DNA of 64,000 bases from Candidatus Margulisiibacteriota bacterium (GTDB lineage Bacteria; Margulisbacteria; Marinamargulisbacteria; JBFWNS01). Below are positions 51,801 to 58,200 of this stretch, piece by piece (positions within the stretch are counted from its first letter, which is position 1; each line of letters starts with the position of its first letter). The DNA lies in NCBI GenBank assembly GCA_050250935.1, contig JBFWNS010000009.1, positions 1 through 64,000 of the forward strand. The letters are read 5' to 3'. The notes under the pieces are model-generated. The model ran no database searches and was not told where the DNA came from. It saw nothing but the letters and a program-made list of their open reading frames with translations. Made by a program: the position numbers and the translations under genes.

Positions 51801-54134
51801 CTGGCCCCGACGCTGACAGCACCTTCTGCCAATCAGATGACGATCAACACCGATACCACCGCTTTGGTGATGACCTATGCGGCTTCGGATTCGGGCAGCG
51901 GGCTTCAATCTGGCCATTACACCCTCACAAACAGTGTCACTGGCGCTATTGTCAAAGAAGGGGATGCCACCACCGGGCCCATAACCTTTAATGCAGGTAC
52001 TTTAAGTGTGGCCGATGGAACCACACTCAATGCCACCGTCACAGCCACAGACGGTGCCGGCAACACCAGCACGCAAACCACGGCCCCCTTCTGTGTGGTG
52101 GATAAAACCCCGCCCGTCTTGACCTTTTTAACCAACAACAGCCAAATCCAAGCCACCGTGGGTGCTGTTCCCGCTGGCTCAAAACCAGTACTCTTAAAAT
52201 ACACACTCAATGAACCCACCACCGTACACACGGTTCGTATTTTATCCCCAGAATTCGGGGAAGTTGCCAAAGCAGGCTTTACCCCAACGGCCCCCATCGA
52301 AATCTATGGCGGCGCTTACCAAGCGCTTTGGGATGGGTGGTTGGAAATCGATGGAAAAAGCCCCAAACAATTGCCAGAAGGACGGTACGTGGTAGAAGTT
52401 CGGGTGATCGACCGAGCCGGTAACATCGCCTCCTACGCCAACGACTTTATGATGACCGACGATATTCCCGTGGCCAGCGGCAACATATATGCCCCATCCA
52501 TTGAAACTTCAGGCAGCATTTTGAAATGGGGGGAAGGAAACAGACGATCTAACTCAGTTTCTGCTGGCGGGAACGGCGATTATAGAAATAGTGCTGTTGG
52601 GATTGATATTGCCCAAACAGGGACCTTTAGCTATTGGGTAAATAATGGAGATTCAAACTCAGGCCTTATGAATTATTTTGGATTAGACCCCTATCAAGTC
52701 AGTCGGTCTAACCAAAACAGTAGCAATTTAATTATTTCTAGAAGTAGTAACGCTAGCGTCAGCATCGCACTTAATATTGGTTACTACTTTGTAGGTGCAA
52801 GCTGTCGTGTTGGCTCATGCCAAGCAACCATAAGTTTCTTTGACTTCCCAAGCTACAAAACGATCGCAAGCTTAAATGACACACCACTTTCCATTACAAC
52901 TTATGTTCCTAGAACGGGCATTGATGTTGGAAATGGAGACAACACTATGCAAGGTGGAATGGCATTAATCAATGCATGGCTTGGCACACTAGGCAGCGAC
53001 GGTGTTTATACCCACAACGACAAACTACTCAAAAATAGTGATGGACCGATTGCTACCCTCAGTAATGGCCGCATTCAATATGGGGGCTTTACCCTTTGCG
53101 ATTTACGAACCGGTACCATCGGCTATCTGCTGCGCAACAATACCGATTGGACCTATAAAATTTCTCAAAGCAGCTCAGAACCAGGCTTTACCTTGGCCAA
53201 AACCCTTGTTGGACCTGGTGTAAACCGAAGCGCCGAGATTGTTTCTGGCAAAGATGTCTCGGTTTCTCTGGATACCAGCCCTGCCAAAACCGTGGCCTGG
53301 GTGGTTCAAAATACCGTAACGGGGGCCCGAACCTTGTATTACCAAAAAGTAGATTTTGCCAACACCTATCAACCCGGCGATGGGGTTCAATTCCATGTTT
53401 TGGATTTTAAAGCCAAATCCGTCTCGACCCCTACCCTAAAAAGCCCGAAAGCCTCTTTGGACGATATTCCTGTTGTCGCCCATTCAAAACCGGAATTTGT
53501 GTGGCAAATCCCGACCTCAAACCTGGGCCCATCCACCCGATTCAAGCTCGAACTTTACAAAGGTGTGGTAACCGGCAATGTCGAGGGCCTTAGCACCTTT
53601 AATATTCCCGTCGGTTTCTCGGACAACTATCAAACCATCGATATCCCAGCTGGAACCTACACCCTCAAAAGTGATGAGGTTCATTTTACCCCAGACGATT
53701 ACAATGCCCTGGGCAAAACCACAGGCTTCGATGTGTACCGTTGGCAAATTAAAGCCGATTGGGCCGGCACCGATCAGTGGACCTATTCGTTAAGTTCGGA
53801 ATTGTTTAAAGTAGAGCCTCCACTCGAAATCGAAGCCCCCATCAACTATCCAAATCCCTTTGTTCACAGCACCAAAATTCGGTATAAGCTGACCAGCGAT
53901 GCACGGTCTGTTAGTATTCGAATTTTCGATTTGGCTGGCAAATTGGTTCGGGTTCTCAACGATTGCCCAACCGACGGCACCCGCCCCTATCACGAGTATA
54001 ACGATGTCCTTTGGGACGGCAAAAACGGGGTTGGTGATGAAGTGAATAACGGGGTCTATATCTATAAAATTTTAGCCGTCGATGACAATGGAAGGAAGGT
54101 GGATACACGTGGTAAAGCAGCAAAACTCCGATAA
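36858..54134 (+). CDS. Giant (5758 aa) exported Ig-like repeat protein with FlgD-Ig-like domains and a T9SS-type-A-like C-terminal domain
   Basis: Signal peptide ending PSHA; dozens of D.AGN...(V/I)D.T.P units; FSPNGDG and WDG motifs; C-terminal NYPNPF...VSIRIFDLAGKLVR...WDGKN..G..V.NGVYIYKI. Confidence 0.9.
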   Translation: MKINKKGLFSLLTFSTWLLFLFCLLQNPSHAAYLIESNNTVRNHLLLRDIQGNTQIVINLNKMPSANASLLYREVGSQGPNFVLSKPGEASFLDGSDFFRSGFGTFSPLFLSNTASNRLIPPAEFHILGSNFLLTNTMNVQMIWEIGTENIALQQIMTFVSGNPSVVADLSPSQNSYIVQTTGGQFWVRKLTPDGAFRDSDGASITSMGNAERLKTIVVDLIPPQLTSFNISSTPNGATETQLFDFTVNKAGTSYLRIMNKADETLYFSSILPVVTGNNQLRWNGTSSQNIAQDGAFYYALLTVDPAGNTSNVVSGSILYDRYPPTITLKEGLAPRKFSPNGDGRFDTLITTLSSNEPVTLSYRLTGPENQLITSNRVEQAVTQCVSVLDFSLKEGRYLQTIQAFDKKHNLTTVSFNVEVDLTSPTVSYSFVPKFSSKIVKSLFQFTVSEPGIATLSFAQKTVTTDIALGSNSLLLDGSDITENVYVATLDLMDRVGNNSTASVLILVDRTPPLITAFSVPATLNMTQQNLLSFAATDAFSSFGYALSLVDGTGKEIPLSRPSTPNMSPTANLGTTISMNALIAQAFPNGTDAAYMLKLDLTDTLGNSVSITRNCIIGSRPTLLFAAPIGPVSLKTTPLSIPVRATVPGQLKTSPVLMQVINNQGVVVLSAVSDANGYLDSGTQNIRIGGTEESTSILDGVYQLLFQSTTEAGIVATFSTTIDIDHAPPQIVKLTPINATSNLAQSFQFILSGADRTQKLGQITVGSPDGQKILASIPASGSDTVVTFNPRVQGLSLADGVYRFPVTLSDSVGNSVTASIFATIDTAPPVLSSVSQNLTTFSPNGDGIDDIFHLIIDANEKSQLKVQFKNQSGAVIKTITRTDFAIHWDIDWTGYSDAQELKEGAYTLSIFLTDMAGNTTQQSGGTVAISNTAPSIHNLMFSQEKMSINRPFTLTFDVPNDGKVSANITDTSGKAIRTLANNLSVSKSTPVTLNWDGKNTIGTPVRDGEYLLILSFTDSAGHSCTLSKAIDADSTAPAISDFSLSHAVLGYPSGNMALVFRSSDAASVTLNIYDAANTTIGSFSNPDITAGMQSLSWNGKLNGTNLPVGSYAIEVVLSDKYGNNTAQKLPFQVLNTVPIQVNFESKYGLFTPDGDAINETLQGKVKVQGTGTKSVKIAIQNAAGTVLKELYKSDSVADGTLSYEWDGLDARSVKQIDGKYVLQVQVTDALGNTSAASLPIYLLTQKITLNYQDNGSIFSFNNDGKQDQLNYQYSLIYPSLLYDIDGYNRKSNLKIQVLQNGALVSEQFNNQVTDRGDGSLSGQGISEGPFLLTLSGEGPDRIQIQTVSNNYTNDITPPTVLSKPYITEADGNTDSALFTVKTNAHNGYIHSRNASILVAVSGAKTVDLFNNNGILLSSVSVPSNNTQALDSWIKTQSATPTDSKAVLLTAPCSDGANTFWIRAWDAAGNQSVSTSIQIISDINPPQLSSATSVVDSLLSSEAAPLNRLKAGTYQIRLAFNETIDTASALTVSLVDDQAHEIPVILDSASDSAWIGHYTITDGSANGSYALHITSLTDYAGNQLDVVSSNFVVIDTIPPAQPKLISESRLSNTSTYSNSLSTEVGATVNIVVDGQTRISAVATQNSFSFTLTALTEGTHTLTVTQSDPAGNTSTPLSQTIEIDLTAPTLVSDQLSQILTLKAGTYTGFLTLSEALKSGTTPTLQLVSSANTIPISVTSVSGTTLFTSFTVPANATNGTYQLLATQVTDAAGTIATLNSTTAYTLDVTAPATPTLSLAKSLINTTLYTDTISVEPGTTVRSYVDSTLVDTRTVSANSFSETFALSEGSHTLKVEVQDAAGNISTPLTHSIVVDLTAPTLVSDALSSVPALKAGTYQGSFQLSEPVASATVTLQSDTSSLNVAVLSTANNQISVQFTIPTAIANGYYHPTLLVSDFAGNIAALTSSKNYLIDTTRPNIPIWQSDISLLNTTAYANTLSVEPGTLVKVLVDGTEAFSATASTTLVPISLTLAEGTHTLLSAIQDLAGNISAPLISTVSVDLTPISLVTDQISSLSTLKADTYTGSIIISEALKSGTTPTLQLVSSANTIPISVTSVSGTTLFTSFTVPANATNGTYRLLASQVTDAAGNIATLNSTTAYTLDVIAPATPILALAKTLINTTLYSDTISVESGTTVRSYVDSTLVDTRTVSANSFSETFTLSEGSHILKIDAQDVAENISIPLSHSITVDLTPISLVTDQLSSLSMLKAGTYTGSIILSEALKSGTTPTLQLVSSANTIPISVTSVSGTTLFTSFTVPANATNGTYQLLATQVIDAAGNVATLNSTTAYTLDVIAPATPILSLAKSLINTTLYTDTISVEPGTTVRSYVDSTLVDTRTVSANSFSETFALSEGSHTLKIDAQDAAGNISSPLSHSITVDLTPISLVTDQLSSLSMLKAGTYTGSIILSEALKSGTTPTLQLVSSANTIPISVTSVSGTTLFTSFTVPANATNGTYQLLATQVTDAAGNIATLNSSTAYTLDVVAPIAPQLVQATLITNQTQYRDTVVAEPGTQIWIYDNDVKLTEFTQTSEQTSLNILLKPGTHTLGLESVDTAGNHSTRTDYSVLIDVTDIQISKIEWSSSTPVSTNSNLVTVYFSKEVDATQTPTLTFLTASGQTRSVTLSTYSGTTAQGTVTFQTGDDGQSTFQVSGVYDLAGNRLADFSEDAFFVDTTAPSAPTFVSANALVNNAAYTFQVQGETGTTLFIQDNGSVVQTVTLNVSPKSLSLSLSEGSHTLTAQLKDSAGNDSSITSQTVLVDLTKPTLTQFTMATPSPVSANTYALALAFSEPVDSAKTPVVSVLTQSGQTRSVTLSTYSGTTAQGTVTFQAGDDGQSTLQVSGVYDVAGNQLADFSENAFFVDTTAPSAPTFVSANALVNNAAFTFQVQGETGTTLFIQDNGTVVQTVTLNASPKSLSLSLSEGSHTLTAQLKDSAGNISSITSQAVLVDLTKPTLTQFTMATPSPVSANTYALALAFSEPVDSAKTPVVSVLTQSGQTRTVTLSQYSGTSAQGTVTFQAGDDGQSTLQVSGVYDVAGNQLADFSENAFFVDTTAPSGPTFVSANALVNNAAFTFQIKGETGTTLFIQDNGTVVQTVTLNVSPKSLSLSLSEGSHTLTAQLKDSAGNISSITSQAVLVDLTKPTLSQFSMATPSPVSANTYALALAFSEPVDPAKTPVVSVLTQSGQTRTVSLNSYSGTSAQGTVTFQAGDDGQSTLQVSGVYDLAGNSISPYQASAFLVDTTAPTSPTFVSPLSLTNSSTYTLQVQGETGTTLVIQDNGSVVQTVTLNISPKSLSLSLSEGSHTLTAQLKDSAGNVSSISSQAVLVDLTKPTLSQFTMAAPSPVSANTYAIALTFSEPVDSAKTPVVSVLTQSGQTRTVSLSSYSGTSAQGTVTFQAGDDGQSTLQVSGVYDLAGNSISPYQATAFLVDTTAPTGPTFVSPLSLTNSSTYTLQVQGEIGTTLFIKDNGSVVQTVTLNVSPKSLSLSLAEGSHTLTAQLKDSAGNVSSISSQTVLVDLTKPTLSTETPTGTLNWKAGTYLIALTFSENLDSNHPLQVSLKSKTSAASIAVNTLSQSGTSFQGQVFIPSNAANETYQLTIQNATDLAGNTATITGNSSYQIDTVIPVLTFTTATTPLRLTSTQYSNSITLSEPNLHLYQSVDGTIQDRGTLTGTTTVSLTLSEGTHNLAVWANDAAGNTAVTRSQTVVVDLTPPALQTLTLGSGPLVKAGTYGLTLIFSEPLDNGLAVKIKTAAGTFRTVSLSSSDQKTYAGQVTLLAGDDGQSTVELQTAKDLAGNALSGTSSLSGFLIDTTPPAISSTSLAFNTPVSANGHRSLGINVAFSEPVSANYALILPDQSELSGSYQSSSDRSGTLTFDVPKNIDGQSKLAIRSWHDAAGNISADAQSFTVTLDSKPAEMTLDSVVASTNRGTDSALQVILSFSEPIQNSVVQLGLQYANGNTLQPNALTYNSANKTLTASFLIKAVEETLKLSVSNLLDSAGNKTTDSLISLGKIDNTPPVISNFGANTSSFSAIRTQGDAAIVITMNITEDYQRLLVQIYDGSGTLKKTLWDKNGSGGLVTLDNWNGQNESGQALSKGWYIMKAYAIDTAGNSGDTVQGLFEITEQHLTLSNPQTLVTPYSFKASGTRAFTYTLSQRIDSPDVAQKPGNIRMMSVPVYVAKVTEQIYRKNSSGPDTLIATLVTDQPTTEFANGALGTWNGRLNNDSAQAFVQSGDYYQWVSVKSMKDLAEGTISIPFKVDHDAPILSGIVSPTTSISTRSGAITTFNISFGLSDAISTRNMVYQLSQSTVGLSSQFTQTAGQTQASFTVNAVGWALGDGNQPFTLSLTDEAQNISTATVLVKFDSTVPSFNFTIPAYASGNVTVNLGTISDGSPTTVLYKLGLNGSYQSTSVLNSSGLNKTESVYVKVTDQAGNSTELSRSLILDNSIQAPTFTTLPASYSNNTGITLNVSHSEANPDHFRIQNDGTADTTYTSVSVNGTVAWTLPNTEGSHTIGMRLVDKAGNISSLASQTIVLDKTPPSTSSLLSSQQVINPLNSTLTVTINATDSGSGIASYRLDIKRNPSDSTALISRSGSSSVFNLGSSDLPTDSDASFVIVGYAIDRAGNVSSGNVSLPLITRKVLPTFTAVNASGWQNTTSGAQLSVTATSLYVDHLDYKVYTAGDALVAQGTSSGNGASYPVFSLAYATLLSNQNSGVYSCDVRLVDQAGNSSAWTRYTFYFDKTIPVITGASVQQYSNANQIGPVISISATDSDSGIASYQFQIDSGAWLLFGNSTQANVQTIAEGSHSLKIRVLDAAGNASAINTYSLTIDRTLPVITALGNSKAMFHLNNEWLSLSPTVTETGSGILGYNTTIRKNADNSLVKSDSRSTLPITFSGNDIQLDGAYTLSLTVVDMAGNTSSPNTLVFTNDNLAPTLTAPSANQMTINTDTTALVMTYAASDSGSGLQSGHYTLTNSVTGAIVKEGDATTGPITFNAGTLSVADGTTLNATVTATDGAGNTSTQTTAPFCVVDKTPPVLTFLTNNSQIQATVGAVPAGSKPVLLKYTLNEPTTVHTVRILSPEFGEVAKAGFTPTAPIEIYGGAYQALWDGWLEIDGKSPKQLPEGRYVVEVRVIDRAGNIASYANDFMMTDDIPVASGNIYAPSIETSGSILKWGEGNRRSNSVSAGGNGDYRNSAVGIDIAQTGTFSYWVNNGDSNSGLMNYFGLDPYQVSRSNQNSSNLIISRSSNASVSIALNIGYYFVGASCRVGSCQATISFFDFPSYKTIASLNDTPLSITTYVPRTGIDVGNGDNTMQGGMALINAWLGTLGSDGVYTHNDKLLKNSDGPIATLSNGRIQYGGFTLCDLRTGTIGYLLRNNTDWTYKISQSSSEPGFTLAKTLVGPGVNRSAEIVSGKDVSVSLDTSPAKTVAWVVQNTVTGARTLYYQKVDFANTYQPGDGVQFHVLDFKAKSVSTPTLKSPKASLDDIPVVAHSKPEFVWQIPTSNLGPSTRFKLELYKGVVTGNVEGLSTFNIPVGFSDNYQTIDIPAGTYTLKSDEVHFTPDDYNALGKTTGFDVYRWQIKADWAGTDQWTYSLSSELFKVEPPLEIEAPINYPNPFVHSTKIRYKLTSDARSVSIRIFDLAGKLVRVLNDCPTDGTRPYHEYNDVLWDGKNGVGDEVNNGVYIYKILAVDDNGRKVDTRGKAAKLR
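41900..44470 (+). repeat. Intragenic tandem repeats, family A (about 567 bp / 189 aa)
   Basis: EALKSGTTPTLQLVSS codons start at 41991, 43113, 43680 and 44247. The last three are 567 apart; one diverged unit lies between the first two. Confidence 0.9.
44870..47580 (+). repeat. Intragenic tandem repeats, family B (567 bp / 189 aa, about five units)
   Basis: DDGQST codons at 44940, 45507, 46074, 46641 and 47208. Confidence 0.92.
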
Positions 54135-54256
54135 AAGACAGGCAAAAAAGAGCGCCATGCGGCGTTATTTTTCCGCGCGAAATACTCACATAGCTGGGCT
54201 ATGCTCCGTGTTTCGTGCTCAAAATGCCTTGCCTGGCGCTCTTTTTTGCCTGTCTT
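54135..54256. repeat. 122-nt palindromic element (perfect 23-bp terminal inverted repeat, imperfect internal stems)
   Basis: AAGACAGGCAAAAAAGAGCGCCA (54135-54157) pairs with TGGCGCTCTTTTTTGCCTGTCTT (54234-54256); inner GCGCGAAATAC/GTGTTTCGTGC and CATAGC-TGG-GCTATG. Confidence 0.9.
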
Positions 54257-55203
54257 GGCTCTACCGATATTCTTGTTATATTTTTTGGGGAATACTGATC
54301 TCTTTTTGTTTGCAGACTGCTGTTTTGGCAACGCCGGTGGTTGCACAACCCACTTCCTTTTCGGTTACCTATCTGGACGCCTTCGGCAGCTTTGGGTTCA
54401 ACGAAGGCCAATTCAATACCCCTGGACACATTGCGGTTCTACAGAAATCGGTTTTGGTTGCCGATACCCACAACCACCGTATTCAACGGTTTTTAACGTC
54501 TGGCACCTTCGAGTATTCTTTCAAAACCATTCAAGATGACGACAGTCCAAACGGGCAACTGGATTCTCCTTTTGGCCTTGCTACAGACCCTCTACGCGGC
54601 ATTTTTGTCAGCGACATTGGCAGTAGCGTGGTGTATGGGTTCGACACCTATGGAAGTTACCTGCAAAAAATCGGAGGGTTTGGAGCCATTGGTGTCAAAT
54701 TTAACGAGCCGGTTGCCCTGGCCATCGATTTACAGGGTTTTTTATATATTGTGGACCGTAAAAACCAACGCATTACCAAATGCGATGCATCGGGTGCCAA
54801 ACTTTTTCAGGTCCCCCAAGCGGAAGGTAATTTAACCAATCCCAGCGATATCATTGTTTTTGATGATGGGCAGTTTTGGGTCTTGGATGATCAAGGGGTT
54901 AAATCCTACAACGAATTGGGTAAATTTTTAGGTCAAGTGATCTTGACAACCGGCGCCGCAGCCATGGCCATCGATGGCAACAAAACCATTTATCTTGCGA
55001 AACCCGAACAAAAATCGGTTGAGCTTTATACGCCGACGGGATCTCTTCTGTTAACCCTTGATTTTCCCTTCAAACGTCCCCTAGGTCTTTGTATTTCTGA
55101 TGATCTCTTGTTTGTTTCCGATGCCAGCGCTCACCAAATTCTTCGTTTTAAGATCACCGGACTAGAGCCACCCCCCACGCCATCTAAAGGAACACGCCCA
55201 TGA
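54157..55203 (+). CDS. NHL-repeat beta-propeller protein, probably exported (start uncertain)
   Basis: GQFNTPGHIAV....VADTHNHRIQRF, FNEPVALAID..G.LYIVDRKNQRI; hydrophobic signal-like stretch before TAVLA. Confidence 0.85.
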   Translation: MRRYFSARNTHIAGLCSVFRAQNALPGALFCLSWLYRYSCYIFWGILISFCLQTAVLATPVVAQPTSFSVTYLDAFGSFGFNEGQFNTPGHIAVLQKSVLVADTHNHRIQRFLTSGTFEYSFKTIQDDDSPNGQLDSPFGLATDPLRGIFVSDIGSSVVYGFDTYGSYLQKIGGFGAIGVKFNEPVALAIDLQGFLYIVDRKNQRITKCDASGAKLFQVPQAEGNLTNPSDIIVFDDGQFWVLDDQGVKSYNELGKFLGQVILTTGAAAMAIDGNKTIYLAKPEQKSVELYTPTGSLLLTLDFPFKRPLGLCISDDLLFVSDASAHQILRFKITGLEPPPTPSKGTRP

Positions 55204-58200
55204 AAAAAAGACAACTTATCCTCTGGGCCCTGGTGGTTATTTTTTCCTTGGAATCCCTGGTTCCAGCCATCGGATCCCGGCCGCTTATGGCCGCCGTCAC
55301 GTCTAAACAAGCCCCAGCAAAGCCGGAAATCAACGCCCAGGGGATGAACCTAAACGCCTTTGGCAGCGTCAATTCTGGGGCCGTGGATTTGTCCAGCGGG
55401 ACCTTTTCGTTTGACCAAACCGATGTCTCTATTCCAGGCCGAAACGGGATGAATTTGACGGTTCAACGCACCTACAATTCCAAAGAGTTTTTGTCCTCTC
55501 CCAAATGGAGCAAACTCGACGGCGACGCCTTTTACAACGACTCCGGCGAAAGTTTTGAAAAAGCCAAATGGAAAGCCGCAACCCCAGCCCAATGGGGTGG
55601 TTGGATCGGGAATGGGTGGAAAACCAACATTTCCGGCCGTTTGCTCTACATTAAGTTCGACATCGCCTATTTCAGATCCGACTGGTTTGGCGCCAATACC
55701 GTCCAAAATGATAAAATTACCTCTGAAATTGTCATCATTCAAACCGGCAGCGGCAGCTATTCGTTCGAGCACAGTTTCAAAAAAGACAAAAACGGCGTTT
55801 TGTATGATGACGGCGCCTTCATTGCCCGAGACAAAGGCAACAAAAACAAACTGGTCCACAGCGTGGCTGGCTTTACCTTAACACTAGAAAACGGCCAACA
55901 ATACGAATTCCGCGAACACTATTACACCAAAAGTTATGACATGCATTTTAACGCCTGCACCGATTTGCGCAGCACCTACACCAACCAAGACATCCACAAC
56001 GTGGTGATGGGCAACTACCTGTCCTACACCCAAGACACCAACGGAAACCGCATCAGCTATGAGTACGAACGGGGTAATTCGTATTCCTTTAACCATTGGC
56101 ATAAAGACATTCATGAACCCTTTAAAGAAAACACCTGGGGACGAGCCTTAACAACCTGCTCTGAAGTCTTTGATTACATCGATCTTTGCGAAAGTATTCC
56201 AAAAGAAGCTGTCGGCATTTATTTACAACTGGTCAATCAAAGTACAGCCAAAACCTCCGGGGCCGGTGACCTCCCAAATACGACCCCTCAACAAGGGGGC
56301 TCAGGCTTGAACTACAAAGCAATGGCGATTTCCATGATGAAGGATTGTTTACAAGAGGCTATCCTCGACAAAGACGGCAACATCAATGTTAACTTTTCAC
56401 GCATTGAAGTCGGGCCCATTGCTGCAAAAATGGCCAAATCCATTGCTTATTCCAAAGCCATTGAAGTGTTTTGTAATGTTGTGGGCGCCGTCATCGATGC
56501 CTTTCTACCTGGACTTGGCTCTGTTGTCGCTTTCCTGCTTAATAACATTCTTGGCTCTCTCTTGGCCGACTCTGTCAGCGGTTCCGCTGATTCCGACATC
56601 TCCCTCACCCCCATGCGCCCCACCCGTATTTATGACAACGCCGGCAACGAAATTAACATTGAGTATGTCGAAGCCGCCATGCCTGCCGTCAGCAAACCGG
56701 GGTCAGGCGAATACGACTTTTTGGGCGAATCCGACAACTATTCCCGCATTGCCAAGTTGACGTATTTGGGCCCCAAAGGCCCTCAAGAAGTCCGCTATGT
56801 TTATGATAAAAACGGGTACCTGATTCAGGTTGTAAAACCCGGCAACGCCATCGAAAGCTATGCCTACACCTTCTATTACCCCGCCCCGCAATCCGGTGGT
56901 GCCCCCACCATCCCCGATGGTCTTTCCGGCAAAAGCATAGCCTTTGATTGGGACAACGCCAAAGCCGCCAAATACGACAACCAAGGCGCCCTTTTAACCC
57001 AAATCACCAGCGCCACTGGGGCCCAGTTGAGCTTGGACTACGACTTTGTTCAGGCCAAATCCCTCCAGAAAAAGATCACGGATGATGATGACAGCAAGCT
57101 CTCGTCTTTTGTCGTGACCCAGCGCAAGGTCACCGGCGGACCCATCTCCCAAACCTGGCGCTACGATGGGTATTCTACCTTTGCCACTTACACCCCCTTT
57201 GTGAATTCCCACGCCGATGGCGAACTGCCCGCTGCGGGGTATTTTAGTAAAATCACGGTCACCGACCCCAAAGGCAACGACAGCACCTCTCAGTTTTTTG
57301 AAGGGCTTCCCGTTTCCGAGATCAACCCCATTGGCTTTAGCACCGTCACCTTATGGGATCCTGTTTTACGCAGACCGTTACGCAAAGTCGTTGATCAAAA
57401 AGGCTTTCAAATCATCACCACCTACTCAGATTACGACAGCTTCGGCTTCCCCCAAACCATCACCGAAACCGGCACCAACACCCCCACCAAAATCACCAAA
57501 GTGGAGTACGAACGCAGCCCCGTGTACTTGCAAACCAATGTCCTGAATAAACCCAAACACAGCTGGATTGAAGCCGACGGAAAACGGTCCCAAGACACCA
57601 CCTTCACCTACGACAGCGCCGGTAAAGGCAATTTGGTTCAATCTGTTCTGGCAACCGATGCTGGCCCTGCGGTCACCGCCTTTCAAGTAGACCCGTATGG
57701 CAACGTCATTCGCAGCACCGATCCTTTGGGCCGGGTCACCACCACCCAGTATGTGAATGGCACGCTGGTTACCCAAACCACGGTTCAAGACGTGAACTGG
57801 GTCACCGCCAAAACCTATCTGCCCAATTCTGCTTTGGTGGACACCGAAACCGACCTCAACGGCAACCTCACTACCTATGCCTACGACGACCGCGGCAGAG
57901 TCACCTTCAAATCCACCCAAACCGGCTATTCCACCGCCGAAACCCGGTTCCAATACAACGACGACCCCAATAACCTCAGTTTGTCCATGCAGATCCACAC
58001 CAGCGATGGCCGCCAAGACAAAGCCATCGAGGGCAAGTTTAATCCCTTTGGCAAACTCTACCAGCTCACCGTGTCCCCAAAAGGGGCGGAATCTCTCACC
58101 ACCAAATACACGTATTCGCCTACCTTGGAAATTCTCACCGTTACCGATCCCTTGGGTAGAACCACCCGCTATACCTATGACGAAATTGACCGCCTCACCG

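Noticed and set aside
36858..54134. Calling the giant protein a flagellar FlgD, an autotransporter or an RTX adhesin
   Set aside because: FlgD-Ig is only a shared module; there is no C-terminal barrel or RTX nonapeptide, and a Sec signal is present
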